Part shown: positions 47,457 through 58,000 of the stretch, piece by piece
How positions within the stretch are numbered: the first letter of the stretch is position 1
How the letters are laid out: each line of letters opens with the position of its first letter
DNA from: an uncultured Gammaproteobacteria bacterium
GTDB taxonomy: Bacteria; Patescibacteriota; Patescibacteriia; UBA9934
Assembly (NCBI GenBank): GCA_964414795.1
Contig: CAYPWV010000005.1
Coordinates: 4,336 to 68,335, forward strand
Length of the DNA stretch: 64,000 nucleotides
Direction: 5' to 3'
The notes under the pieces: generated by a model
Told to the model about the DNA's origin: nothing
Seen by the model: the letters and a program-made list of their open reading frames with translations, nothing else
Databases searched by the model: none
Program-made: the position numbers and the translations under genes

Positions 47457-47723
47457 ATGCTCAGCAAAGACAAAAAACTCAAGATTATCAAGAAGTTCCG
47501 CACCCATGAGTCCGATACCGGATCTCCTCAAGTGCAAATTGCTATCCTTTCTGAGGAAGTAAAAGAGCTTACCGGTCACCTTAAAACCCATCGCAAAGAT
47601 TTTAGCTCCCGCCGCGGTCTTCTCAAAAAAGTTGCAGAACGTCGTCGTTTGCTCAAGTATTTGGAGCGCGAAGATGCAAAAGCATACGCTGAGCTTGTAG
47701 AAGCTCTGGGACTCAAAAAGTAA
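47457..47723 (+). CDS. rpsO: 30S ribosomal protein S15
   Basis: HESDTGSPQVQIAIL...HRKDFSSRRGLLK. Confidence 0.98.
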   Translation: MLSKDKKLKIIKKFRTHESDTGSPQVQIAILSEEVKELTGHLKTHRKDFSSRRGLLKKVAERRRLLKYLEREDAKAYAELVEALGLKK

Positions 47724-47769
47724 CCAGATGAAAACCCTGCTCGATTTTCTCGGGCAGGGATTTTCTTAG

Positions 47770-47940
47770 GAAGTTTGAAGCTGGATGGGGAAGACCCTGA
47801 CGATAGGAAGGGTCCAGCGAACCTACTTGTCAGGAGGTTTCCTTAATCGTGCGATAGGTCCTTCGCAGGAGCTCAGGATCCTGCTCAACGAAATACAACA
47901 TCCACTCACTTCAAACTAACAACTCCCAACTTCAAACTTT
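47770..47940 (-). repeat. Composite dispersed repeat, copy 1
   Basis: Its reverse complement aligns with 56437-56690: GAAGTTTGAAG heptamer ends, AGTTTGAAGTGAGTGGA-x-GTTGTATTT and paired CCTGA...GAAGG palindromes. Confidence 0.8.
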
Positions 47941-47990
47941 CTCACTAAGGTACACTAGTTCACAGATACTTTTTTATATTTTCTCCACAT

Positions 47991-48752
47991 ATGGTCATGC
48001 AATTTTCTCATCAGCATCGTCGCGTTGGCGTGTTCATCGACGTACAAAATATGTACTACAGTGCGCGCAACATTTATGGCAGCAAAGTTAACTTTGGCAA
48101 CATCGTAAAAGCAGGCATCAACAATCAACAGCTTGTTCGTGCAATTGCGTACACTATTTCTACAAAAACCGGTGACGAGCTTCCTTTTTTTGAAGCGCTT
48201 CACAAAATGGGCATTGAAGTAAACATGAAAGAACTCCTCGAATACGAGGGCGGACAAAAGAAAGGGGATTGGGACGTAGGAATTACGGTCGACATTATTC
48301 GCATGCTCGACATGCTCGACGTGGTAGTTATGGTTTCGGGCGATGGCGACTACGTACCGCTCGGCGAATACGTAAAAAATCGCGGTCGCATCTTTCACGT
48401 CATCTCTTTCCGCGAATCAACATCAAGCAAACTCGTAGAATGCGCCGACGAGTACACCAATCTTTCCGATGACCTTGGCACATTCCTCATCCGCGATCCA
48501 AACTATCGCCCACAAACGCATCGCATTGCATCCGTCACCGACACCTTCAGCGACGTCATCGCCGAGCAAGGTGAAAATCGCATGTTTCCTTCCCCCGTTC
48601 CTGTAAATCGCGTTCGTGTGCCAAGCGCTCCTCCCGTACATCCCGCACCAAGCATTCGTCCTCCTCACCTTGCACGCCCATCAGAAGTTCCAAAAAAGAA
48701 ACGCAACAGCAGACCTAAGAAAAATATTTCTCACCCTCCAAAACAATCGTAA
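47991..48752 (+). CDS. NYN domain (LabA/DUF88) protein
   Basis: VFIDVQNMY, KGDWDVGITVD and VSGDGDY, with a Pro-rich tail. Confidence 0.92.
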   Translation: MVMQFSHQHRRVGVFIDVQNMYYSARNIYGSKVNFGNIVKAGINNQQLVRAIAYTISTKTGDELPFFEALHKMGIEVNMKELLEYEGGQKKGDWDVGITVDIIRMLDMLDVVVMVSGDGDYVPLGEYVKNRGRIFHVISFRESTSSKLVECADEYTNLSDDLGTFLIRDPNYRPQTHRIASVTDTFSDVIAEQGENRMFPSPVPVNRVRVPSAPPVHPAPSIRPPHLARPSEVPKKKRNSRPKKNISHPPKQS

Positions 48753-48755
48753 CGT

Positions 48756-50990
48756 ATGCCATCAAAATCTTATACAATCACCTGGGGCGGAAAGCTTCTT
48801 ACCATCGAGGTAGGAAAATTTGCACGTGCCGCAAACGGCAGCTGTACGGTTCGTTACGGTGACACTATGGTTCTTGCAACAGCAGTGATGTCCAAAGACG
48901 TCCGCCCAGGAATGAATTTCTTTCCGCTGATGGTGGAGTACGAGGAAAAGCTCTATGCCGCAGGTCGTATTAAGGGTTCGCGTTTTATTAAACGTGAAGG
49001 TCGCCCAACCGACGAAGCCGTGCTTACCGCACGTTTTATTGATCGTGCCATTCGTCCGCTGTTTGATGCCCGCATGGAAAATGATGTGCAAGTGATGGTG
49101 ACCGCACTCGCGTTTGATAAAAAAAATGATACCGATATTCCTGGACTTATCGCTGCATCATGCGCGCTCCATATTTCAGAAATTCCTTGGAACGGCCCTC
49201 TTGCCGCAGCACGCGTGAACAAATCTGCCGATGGATCTTTTATCCTTAACGGTACATACGAGGAACGTCTTGCGGCACGTTTCGATGTAGATGTTGCCGG
49301 AACTCCCGAGAAAATAATAATGATCGAAGCAGGGTGTGACGAAGCAACCGAGCAAGAAGTAACAGACGCGCTTTTTTTCGGACAAAAAAATCTCGCACCC
49401 GTCATTGAACTCATCGAAAAAATTCGCGCAGATCTCGGAAAACCCAAGGCAGACATTTTTGGCATGAAAACCGATGAAGATCGTGCGCGTTTTGCAAAAA
49501 AAGCAGATGTTGAAAAAATTGCAAAGCCGTTCATTGTGGGAGAAGTTGAAAAATATTTCTTCGGTTCGCCACATGCAACAAAAGCAGAACGTTACATCGC
49601 AAAAGATCTCATCAAGAAAAATACGATCGCATTTCTCACCGAACAAGGTCTCGACGAAGAAAGCGTAAAAATGGGTGCATCTATGGTCACCGCAACGCTC
49701 GAAGGAGAAATCACTAAACACATCATTGAAAATAAGCGTCGTGTGGATGGTCGTGGTATTGATGATATTCGCACACTTCTTGCAGAAGTTGCAGTGCTTC
49801 CCTGTGTGCATGGATCCGGCCTTTTTGAACGCGGCGAAACGCAGGTACTTTCGGTATGTACGCTCGGTGCTCCAGGTGATAAGCAAACACTCGACGGTAT
49901 GGAGCTTGTAGGAGAAAAAAGGTTCATGCATCACTACAACTTTCCTCCTTTCTCTGTAGGCGAAGCAAAGCCCGTACGCTCAACTGGTCGCAGAGAAATT
50001 GGTCACGGCGCACTTGCAGAAAAAGCCTTGCAGTACATGATTCCCGATCAAGAACTTTTTCCGTACGCTATTCGCGTGGTTTCAGAAACACTCGGTTCAA
50101 ATGGATCAAGCTCAATGGCATCAACCTGCGGCGCAACCCTCGCACTTATGGATGCGGGAGTTCCTATTAAAGCACCCGTTGCGGGAATTGCGATGGGCCT
50201 CGCGAGTGACGGTAAACGTTATCAAGTCATCACCGATCTACAAGACTTGGAAGATGGCGAAGGCGGGATGGATTTCAAAATCACCGGAACGGCAAACGGA
50301 ATCACCGCAATCCAGCTCGATACAAAAACCGATGGCATTCCACAAGACGTGATTCGCGAAACTATCACGCGTGCAAAAGTTGCACGCCTCAAGGTACTCG
50401 ACGTGATGCAAGGCGCGCTTCCCGCTCCTCGCGCCGAACTTTCGCCTTCTGCGCCACGCATTCTCAAGCTGCGCATCAATCCCGATAAAATTCGTGAAGT
50501 AATCGGCTCGGGAGGAAAAACCATTAATGAAATCATCGCAAAAACCGGCGTTACCGCAATTGACATTGAACAGGATGGCTTGATTATGATTACCGCACTT
50601 GATGGCGTTGCCGGACAAGCCGCATACGATTGGGTTTATAATCTTACGCGTGAGGTAACGCCCGGAGAAACGTTTATCGGCAAGGTGGTGCGCCTAATGG
50701 ATTTTGGTGCATTCGTTGAAGTACTCCCTGGAAAAGATGGGCTGGTACACGTCTCCGAGCTAGCTCCTTGGCGCGTAGAAAAAGTAACCGATATTGTGAA
50801 CCAAGATATGATGGTGCATGTAAAGGTATTGGAGATTGATGAAAAAGGCCGCCTCAACCTTTCCATGAAACAAGCAGAAGGCAATGTGTACACCGAGGAA
50901 ATGAAAGCAAAAGCACAAAAGTCTTCCGCGCCTTCTTCAGCACCAAAAAAACCCAGCGTCATCAAAGCTCCGTCCGTCCACAAATCTTAA
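48756..50990 (+). CDS. pnp: Polyribonucleotide nucleotidyltransferase
   Basis: FFPLMVEY, RREIGHG, SNGSSSMAS and DFKITGT motifs, with KH and S1 domains. Confidence 0.98.
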   Translation: MPSKSYTITWGGKLLTIEVGKFARAANGSCTVRYGDTMVLATAVMSKDVRPGMNFFPLMVEYEEKLYAAGRIKGSRFIKREGRPTDEAVLTARFIDRAIRPLFDARMENDVQVMVTALAFDKKNDTDIPGLIAASCALHISEIPWNGPLAAARVNKSADGSFILNGTYEERLAARFDVDVAGTPEKIIMIEAGCDEATEQEVTDALFFGQKNLAPVIELIEKIRADLGKPKADIFGMKTDEDRARFAKKADVEKIAKPFIVGEVEKYFFGSPHATKAERYIAKDLIKKNTIAFLTEQGLDEESVKMGASMVTATLEGEITKHIIENKRRVDGRGIDDIRTLLAEVAVLPCVHGSGLFERGETQVLSVCTLGAPGDKQTLDGMELVGEKRFMHHYNFPPFSVGEAKPVRSTGRREIGHGALAEKALQYMIPDQELFPYAIRVVSETLGSNGSSSMASTCGATLALMDAGVPIKAPVAGIAMGLASDGKRYQVITDLQDLEDGEGGMDFKITGTANGITAIQLDTKTDGIPQDVIRETITRAKVARLKVLDVMQGALPAPRAELSPSAPRILKLRINPDKIREVIGSGGKTINEIIAKTGVTAIDIEQDGLIMITALDGVAGQAAYDWVYNLTREVTPGETFIGKVVRLMDFGAFVEVLPGKDGLVHVSELAPWRVEKVTDIVNQDMMVHVKVLEIDEKGRLNLSMKQAEGNVYTEEMKAKAQKSSAPSSAPKKPSVIKAPSVHKS

Positions 50991-50999
50991 TACTGTGCT

Positions 51000-52151
51000 G
51001 TGATGCTCAATGCAAATATTCCTCTCAATACCCAAACACCAACCCGCCAATATCCCTGGTGGGTCGGTGTGTTTTTAGGGATTTTTTTGGTGAGTTTCTT
51101 TCTTGGATTTTCGTGCGCAAAGCGCGTGCTTGAAGGCATCCGTGTTCCGCGGCTCACTACCTCATCAGGCGTCGCACTTCGCATCACCCCAGAACACGCG
51201 CTCTGGATCAAACAGCACACTGAAGGCCTTTCACTCAACGGTGAATGTCCTCTCGATCTCCCCACGCTCATCGCTTTCAAGCGTCCTTCATGGATACTCA
51301 TTGGAGACTCCGGCGAAGAACAGCTTTCTTTTATCGGTGCATTTCCCAAGGAATTAGAAAACTATCAAACCGCCTTTGGCTGCACTTTTACACAAAACGC
51401 ATCCGGATTCACCCTCACACCTGTAGGGGCGGGTTTAAAACCCGCCATTACGACACCCCACACCCCACCCCCTACACCCATTTCCTTCACGTTCCCCCTC
51501 GCCATTCCCGACGGATGGGCATGGATTAATGACGATCGCATTCCGCTAACTCTGCAAGAACACGGGCTCAGCATCGCACTGCACAGCACTACGCCAAACA
51601 AAAAAATACCGTGGCCACAAGAAAACCTGACAAACGCCCTGCCACTTGTTCCACTTTCAGAAAACGTTCTCTCTGCACAATGGCAAGGCCTTTCTCATGT
51701 GCTTTCTTCACAAAACGGTGTCGCGTTCTTTTCTTGGACGCATGAAAACGTTGATGCATTTGGCATCGTTCTTCACGAACAAATAACCGATGAAGACTTT
51801 CTCAATCTCATCTCCGACATCGGCAACATTCCTCAAACATCCCAAAAAACCTATCGCGATGACGGTGACGCTTACCTTGCAATCGTCAAAGAAGCAATCT
51901 CCGTCACTTCGCTAGGTACAAAAGAAAAAGAAGCACGTCTTACGGATGGCACCGCAGTAGGATTCCTACTCATACAAAATGGATACTCTCTCATCAGCAC
52001 CGTACCAACAACATGGAAAGATACTACACCGCCTTGGGAAGCAAATCTGCGCTCTACACAACAGCAACAGGCACACAGTCCATCAACACTTGCAGATTTT
52101 GGCAAACACATGTTCACCACAAAAAAGACGGTAACCATTTTTGATAAATAA
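51000..52151 (+). CDS. Hypothetical membrane-anchored protein
   Basis: 383-aa ORF with an N-terminal TM helix. It contains an in-frame REP at 51423-51451 (VGAGLKPAIT). Confidence 0.65.
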   Translation: MMLNANIPLNTQTPTRQYPWWVGVFLGIFLVSFFLGFSCAKRVLEGIRVPRLTTSSGVALRITPEHALWIKQHTEGLSLNGECPLDLPTLIAFKRPSWILIGDSGEEQLSFIGAFPKELENYQTAFGCTFTQNASGFTLTPVGAGLKPAITTPHTPPPTPISFTFPLAIPDGWAWINDDRIPLTLQEHGLSIALHSTTPNKKIPWPQENLTNALPLVPLSENVLSAQWQGLSHVLSSQNGVAFFSWTHENVDAFGIVLHEQITDEDFLNLISDIGNIPQTSQKTYRDDGDAYLAIVKEAISVTSLGTKEKEARLTDGTAVGFLLIQNGYSLISTVPTTWKDTTPPWEANLRSTQQQQAHSPSTLADFGKHMFTTKKTVTIFDK

Positions 52152-52542
52152 TCTGTGATACACTTTCTTTCGTAAACGTTCTTTCTATAATTCCGTTTGG
52201 TGTGGTATAGCGTGCGTTGGACGAGTATTCGTCAAACGCGCTATGCACGCACAGCTCAGTAATGCGGACATGCGGCATGATACGAGTGGCACCAGAGAAA
52301 TGCTCAATCCCTTCATCTCAGCTCTGCGATACCGCTTCGATGGCCTGCAAAGGAAAAAGACGTGTTGAGAAAAATGTGCGAATATTTCGTCCTTTTTTCC
52401 CAACATCTCTCCTCCCTTGTCGCACATCAAAAAAGAAAGATCATTCCAAAAAAGATACGCGCCGCATAGGCAATCTTTTGCAAAGGACATGCTCTTTTCT
52501 TTTTTTCTCATATTGCGTACTCTACTAAGAAATATCTTTCCT

Positions 52543-52920
52543 ATGACCAAAAAAGCTCTTTCTGCTGCATTCCTTGAAGAAATGCACACGCTCCTTGTTG
52601 CCGAACTCGCACGCCTAGAAAAAGAATTAGGGAACTTTTCCCATCGCAATCCCGCGCAAGCAGAGGAAGAGATGAGCGATGCAGGAGCAGATGAAGGAGA
52701 AAGTGCAGAGCGTATCGCACAATTAGGTGACGATCTTTCGCTCGAAGAAGAATTAAATCGCGCGGTAAAAGATGTTGAAGGTGCACTCAAAGCCCTTGAA
52801 AAGGGCGAATACGGCATGTGTAAATACTGTAAACAACCTATCGATGAAGCGCGCCTGCGCATTCGCCCAACCTCAACATCCTGTGTTGCCTGCAAACGAA
52901 CCCTTACCCAAGAGATGTAA
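52543..52920 (+). CDS. TraR/DksA C4 zinc-finger protein
   Basis: Coiled coil followed by GEYGMCKYCKQPIDEARLRIRPTSTSCVAC. Confidence 0.92.
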   Translation: MTKKALSAAFLEEMHTLLVAELARLEKELGNFSHRNPAQAEEEMSDAGADEGESAERIAQLGDDLSLEEELNRAVKDVEGALKALEKGEYGMCKYCKQPIDEARLRIRPTSTSCVACKRTLTQEM

Positions 52921-52957
52921 TCTCTCTCGCAAAAAAATACGCATCCTCTCAGGATGC

Positions 52958-53362
52958 GTGCTTTTTTTTACGATACTTGATGGAATGGTGAAATTTCTTG
53001 CGCTCAACGATAGTCTTCCCGAAATTCATACAAAATTCTTGAGTATCACTTATTTCGCAAACCCCGGCATCGCCTTCAGTATTCCTCTCCCACAAACGCT
53101 CACACTTATTATCACCGGAATACTCATCATCATATTCGGCGTATTTTTTATCAAAACAATAGATAATACTCTCAAAATTGCACTTGCAAGTGCGCTTCTT
53201 GGTGCAGGAAGCAATTTTATTGATCGGCTCATAACCGGCTACACCACCGATTATATTATTTTCTTCTCACGTTCAGCGATGAATATCGCAGATTTCCTAA
53301 TCATTGCAGGAATCGGATACTGCGTATGGTATTATCAAAAGACAGACGTGACAAAAAGATAA
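52958..53362 (+). CDS. lspA: Lipoprotein signal peptidase II
   Basis: NPGIAFS, GAGSNFIDRL, DYI and NIAD motifs. Start uncertain (GTG 52958 assumed). Confidence 0.88.
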   Translation: MLFFTILDGMVKFLALNDSLPEIHTKFLSITYFANPGIAFSIPLPQTLTLIITGILIIIFGVFFIKTIDNTLKIALASALLGAGSNFIDRLITGYTTDYIIFFSRSAMNIADFLIIAGIGYCVWYYQKTDVTKR

Positions 53363-53393
53363 TACATTGCCCAAACTCCACTCCCTATACATT

Positions 53394-54917
53394 ATGGGAT
53401 TTTTTTCTTTACAAGGCGGTTCGGTACAAGGGATGATTGCAAATAAAGTAGATATTGAAGTGGATATTTCATTTGGACTTCCGAAATTTTCCATCGTCGG
53501 ACTTCCAGATACTGCAGTACAAGAATCAAAAGAACGCATTCGTTCTGCGTTGCAAAATAGCGGCTACCCGTTCCCAAGAACCGTCATCACCGTCAACCTC
53601 GCGCCCGCACACGAACGCAAGCAAGGATCGCATCACGACGCTACCATCGCACTTGCGCTTCTTGCCGCAGAGGAGCTCGTCGTTACCACGCACTTCGCAC
53701 ACATCTTTATCGCGGCAGAACTTGGGCTTTCGGGAGAACTTCGTCCCGTACGGGGCATTATTCCTCTTGCACTTCATGCAAAACAACAAGGAATAATACA
53801 CATCATGGTCGCATCATCTGATGCAGAGATCCTCAGACACATTCCAGGAATCTTTGTCCACGGCTGCAAAAATCTTCGCGAGCTCATCGACGTACTTTCG
53901 CAAAAAGCACTACCGGAAAAAGATGCTAAGGATGTAGGGGCGGATTTCATATCCGCCCACAAAGTTCCCATCGCCCACCCCTTCGCACACATCCGCGGAC
54001 ATCATCTCGCAAAACGCGCACTCATCATCGCAATAGCGGGCAATCATCCACTTATGCTTATCGGACCTCCCGGAAGCGGAAAAACACTTCTTGCAAAAAG
54101 CGCACAACAACTTCTCTCACCACTCTCGTTTGATGAAGCACTCGAACTAGCGTGCATCAAGTCCGTACAAAGAGAATATACCCACGATCTCTTTTCCTAC
54201 GAACGCCCCTTTCGCTCGCCGCATCACCACACTAGTGCCGCCGCACTGGTTGGCGGCGGCTCAATGATCGTTCCCGGAGAAATATCGCTCGCACATCACG
54301 GCATCTTGTTCCTCGACGAACTCCCCGAGTTCCCGCAAAAATCCCTCGAAGCATTGCGACAGCCTCTCGAATCGGGAGAAGTGCACATCGCTCGTGCATC
54401 CGGACACGTCACCTTCCCCTCAAGTACACAACTTATCTGTGCAATGAACCCGTGTCCATGTGGATTTTTTGGCGATGCGCAGCGCGCCTGCATCTGCGCA
54501 CCCCAAAAAGTAAAACGCTATCAAGAACGCGTTTCTGGCCCGCTTCTTGATCGTATGGATATTTTTGTCGATCTCCCACGCATTCCCTCGGAAGAACTTC
54601 TCCAAGAACAGAACTCGGCACCCCAACAAGACGTTCCTTCCTCGGAAGAACTCACTATCATACGAACAACACAAAAACAGCGACTCACCTCCTGCGCAGG
54701 AAGCCTCACGAAATATGAAGAACTTGCACAACCAACCATTGAAGCAAAACAACTCTTTAGCAAAGCGGTTGATCGCTTTCAACTTTCCGGACGAGGTTAT
54801 ACGCGCCTCCTTCGCGTAAGCAGAACCATTGCAGACTTGGCGCACGCAGAGCGCGTTGAACCCGAACACGTCAGCGAAGCGCTCAGCTATCGCTCACGAC
54901 TGCTCGTACGCAATTAG
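53394..54917 (+). CDS. comM: YifB/ComM Mg-chelatase-like AAA+ ATPase
   Basis: IVGLPD, NLAPA, GPPGSGKT, PFRSPHH, LFLDELPEF and MNPCPCG. It carries an in-frame REP at 53934-53960. Confidence 0.93.
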   Translation: MGFFSLQGGSVQGMIANKVDIEVDISFGLPKFSIVGLPDTAVQESKERIRSALQNSGYPFPRTVITVNLAPAHERKQGSHHDATIALALLAAEELVVTTHFAHIFIAAELGLSGELRPVRGIIPLALHAKQQGIIHIMVASSDAEILRHIPGIFVHGCKNLRELIDVLSQKALPEKDAKDVGADFISAHKVPIAHPFAHIRGHHLAKRALIIAIAGNHPLMLIGPPGSGKTLLAKSAQQLLSPLSFDEALELACIKSVQREYTHDLFSYERPFRSPHHHTSAAALVGGGSMIVPGEISLAHHGILFLDELPEFPQKSLEALRQPLESGEVHIARASGHVTFPSSTQLICAMNPCPCGFFGDAQRACICAPQKVKRYQERVSGPLLDRMDIFVDLPRIPSEELLQEQNSAPQQDVPSSEELTIIRTTQKQRLTSCAGSLTKYEELAQPTIEAKQLFSKAVDRFQLSGRGYTRLLRVSRTIADLAHAERVEPEHVSEALSYRSRLLVRN

Positions 54918-56311
54918 TAACGAATATAGTTCGCGGGATTAAGAAACTTTTTCGTTGCCTTATCAATAACCTCAAAGTGCAAGTGCGTTCCTGAAGAATT
55001 TCCCGTAGAGCCACATCGACCAAGTGGATCGCCTACCCCCACCGTCTGACCAGATTGAACGTAAAGGGTATAGAAGTGTCCGTACCGCGTTATAAGACCA
55101 TTTCCGTGATCAATCTCTACGGTGTTTCCATAGCCTCGCCTCGCCCCAGCAAAAACAACCATGCCCTCAGCTGCAGCATAGTTGTCGTTCGTTGATGTTC
55201 CGTTGGCATGTCCGGAACAATCAATATCATATCCCGTATGGAACCAACTTAACCCACGAACAATAGTAGGAAGATCGGTGGGCCATACCATAGAAAAACC
55301 TTCTCCCGGAACCTTATCTCCCTGGCTTCCCACAGGTGCAGAAGTAAAAATGTCCTTCACTGCAACACCCGTGGTAAGTGTAGGACGAGAAACAGGAGTC
55401 GCAGCAATTACTCCTCCCGGAACGATAACCTGTTGACCAATCTGCAATGATACATCGTCCGGGAATTGATTGAACGATATGATCGTCGCCGAATCAACAT
55501 TGTATTTTTTTGCGATCGCCGAAAGCGTGTCGCCACTTTTTATCGTATGCGTAAGTCCAGAAACAGGAAGAATGGCGAGCTCTTGTCCGGGCTTTAATAC
55601 CGAACGAACCGTAAGATTATTTGCCCAAAGAAGGGTATTAAGATTGATACCAAACTTTTCCGAAATGCCCGAAAGCGTGTCACCGCTTTCTACCGCATAC
55701 GTAATAGTTTGCGTACGCGGAGCAACGGTGCCCGAACCAGAAGGAGATCCAGACGACGAAGCAGTTAATGCAAATACGCCATCAGCACGAAGTACTCCGG
55801 GAGAATTTTCAAGCGCCAATACGTCCGTGATTGTTTGGGTTAACGATCCGTCTAAAATACCAGGATCATCATTCTCCGCAGAAACAATATACGCACGTGC
55901 ATCTTTTGGATCGCTGTATTCGTTGATAAAATCCGTTCGCTCATTTGTCGCAAGCGCATACAAAATACTCTGCTGCCCAATAGCATCACCCTCCGCACGC
56001 ACCGCATTTACATGGATATTAGTGATGCCTCCAATGGCCGCAATAAGCATCACAATTGCATAAAACGAAAAACGATTACTTACCACAAACATGAGTCTAT
56101 TTTTTACGGGGCGATATACCGCACCCATATTCCGCTTCGCCAAAAAAAACACGCGGTATCCTGGAACAAAAACTTTTAAACAAATGTTTCCTAATCGCCG
56201 AAAAAGGGGAGCGATGGCCGAAAAAAATTGTAAAAAACGTGCTTTAATAAAAAGCAGCGCACGCACCACACTCAGCCCAAAACGTACCACGAACGACGGA
56301 CGTGAAGGCAT
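54914..56311 (-). CDS. LysM-containing M23 family peptidase
   Basis: Two LysM repeats (GDTLSGI, GDTLSAI), HTGYD, YGH and HLHFEV. Confidence 0.92.
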   Translation of the reverse strand: MPSRPSFVVRFGLSVVRALLFIKARFLQFFSAIAPLFRRLGNICLKVFVPGYRVFFLAKRNMGAVYRPVKNRLMFVVSNRFSFYAIVMLIAAIGGITNIHVNAVRAEGDAIGQQSILYALATNERTDFINEYSDPKDARAYIVSAENDDPGILDGSLTQTITDVLALENSPGVLRADGVFALTASSSGSPSGSGTVAPRTQTITYAVESGDTLSGISEKFGINLNTLLWANNLTVRSVLKPGQELAILPVSGLTHTIKSGDTLSAIAKKYNVDSATIISFNQFPDDVSLQIGQQVIVPGGVIAATPVSRPTLTTGVAVKDIFTSAPVGSQGDKVPGEGFSMVWPTDLPTIVRGLSWFHTGYDIDCSGHANGTSTNDNYAAAEGMVVFAGARRGYGNTVEIDHGNGLITRYGHFYTLYVQSGQTVGVGDPLGRCGSTGNSSGTHLHFEVIDKATKKFLNPANYIRY

Positions 56312-56436
56312 ATGAGAAACAGTATATGCCTTTTTGCGCATCCTCACAAGAAAAAAGGAGGAAAAACCGCAAACATTAGCCAAAGACTTTGACTCATTTT
56401 CCTTGGTCTCGTATACTTGTCCGCGTCTTAATTAAG

Positions 56437-56690
56437 AAGTTTGAAGTTGATAGTTATGAGTTTGAAGTGAGTGGAGGTTGTATTTTATTGAGTAGATCCT
56501 GACGATAGGAAGGACCTGTCGCACGAATAAAAGGAGACAATCTGACAAATAGGTTTTCTCGAGATCCTTCGCCGAGCTCAGGACCTTGTGAGCTCAGATC
56601 ATTTCTCTCATCTGTCGTCTGCTGTCTATTATCTCTTAAACTAAAAGGAACTACCTTTCACTTCAAACTAACAACTAAAAGCTTCAAACT
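56437..56690 (+). repeat. Composite dispersed repeat, copy 2
   Basis: Homologous to the reverse complement of 47770-47940, with inverted heptamer arrays at both ends. Confidence 0.8.
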
Positions 56691-56703
56691 CCCCCCCCAT
56701 CTT

Positions 56704-57993
56704 ATGAGCTACACGATCGAAAAAACCGCAAAGCAGTCTGTTAAAATTCACATCACTATTCCGACAGATCAAGTCACTGCGGGCATGCAGCATGCCGCAG
56801 AACACATGGGGGAAAATCTTTCTATTCCTGGATTCCGCCCGGGGCACGCACCTTATGCGGCAGTAAAGGCAAAACTTGGCGAAATGGCGCTTCTCGAACA
56901 TGCCGCCGAAGAGCTTATTCGCGCCGCACTTTCCGAAGCGCTTATCGCAGAAGACGTAAACATCGTGGGCTCACCATATTTCACGGTGGAAAAAATGGCG
57001 CCCGATAATGATCTCGTATTTACCGCAGAAATCGCGCTCATGCCCGAAGTAACTAAACTTGCCGACTACACAAAACTGACCGTTGCCCCCCAAACCGTCA
57101 CCGCTTCAGATGAAATGCTTGCGCAAGCACACGCCGATCTGCAGCGCATGCGCCAAGTTGAGGTACGCGCCGCATCGGGCACCGCGCTTACACAAGGTCA
57201 CAAAGCAGTTGTTGATCTCTCCATGAAAAAAGACGGTGTCACCATCGAAGGCGGAGATGCAAAAAATCACGGCGTATACACCAACGAACCGCACTACGTC
57301 CCCGGCTTTGTCGAAGCGCTCCTTGGCGCAAAAGAAGGCGAAGAGCGCACATTCTCTCTCAAGTTCCCCGAAGATCACTACCAAAAGCATCTTGCCGGAA
57401 GCGATGTGGATTTTTCGGTAAAACTCAATGAAATTTTCACTATAGAAAAACCAGAAATTGATGATGCCTTTGCAAAAACGCTCGGACTCGCAAGCGCTGC
57501 ACAGCTTGAAGAAAAGTTGAGAGAAAATCTTGCACAAGAAAAACAAACCGAAGAAGATCGCCGACAAGAAAAAACCGTTCTTGAACTGCTTGCAGAAAAA
57601 TCTTCTTTTGAAGAAATTAACGAGCTTTTGGTAAATCAAGAAATTGAAAAAATGATCCAAGAGTTGCGCATGTGGGTAACAGATAACGGTATGGAATTTG
57701 ATGAATACATCAAATCCATTGGAAAATCACTCACCGACATGAAGCTTGATTTTACCCCGCAAGCAATCACCCGCATCAAAGTTGCACTCGTCATCAATGC
57801 CGTGACAAAAAAAGAAAAGATTGCCGTTGATGCTGCAGAAGTAGATGCAGAACTCGACCGCATTGCAGAGATGGTCTCCAAAGATCCCGAAGCAAAAGAG
57901 CGCATTTACGCGCCCCAATATCGCGACCGCGTAGAACAGCAAATGGTAAATCGCAACGTCATCGATTTCTTGAAAAAGACAATGGTACGATAA
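56704..57993 (+). CDS. tig: Trigger factor
   Basis: IPGFRPGHAP ribosome-binding motif and FKBP-like domain (PGFVEAL, FPEDY). Confidence 0.96.
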   Translation: MSYTIEKTAKQSVKIHITIPTDQVTAGMQHAAEHMGENLSIPGFRPGHAPYAAVKAKLGEMALLEHAAEELIRAALSEALIAEDVNIVGSPYFTVEKMAPDNDLVFTAEIALMPEVTKLADYTKLTVAPQTVTASDEMLAQAHADLQRMRQVEVRAASGTALTQGHKAVVDLSMKKDGVTIEGGDAKNHGVYTNEPHYVPGFVEALLGAKEGEERTFSLKFPEDHYQKHLAGSDVDFSVKLNEIFTIEKPEIDDAFAKTLGLASAAQLEEKLRENLAQEKQTEEDRRQEKTVLELLAEKSSFEEINELLVNQEIEKMIQELRMWVTDNGMEFDEYIKSIGKSLTDMKLDFTPQAITRIKVALVINAVTKKEKIAVDAAEVDAELDRIAEMVSKDPEAKERIYAPQYRDRVEQQMVNRNVIDFLKKTMVR

Positions 57994-58000
57994 GCTGTAT

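Noticed and set aside
52152-52540. Possible yraN remnant or structured RNA upstream of the DksA-like gene
   Set aside because: Only faint peptide resemblance and one imperfect hairpin, with no promoter-terminator pair, so it is not supportable.
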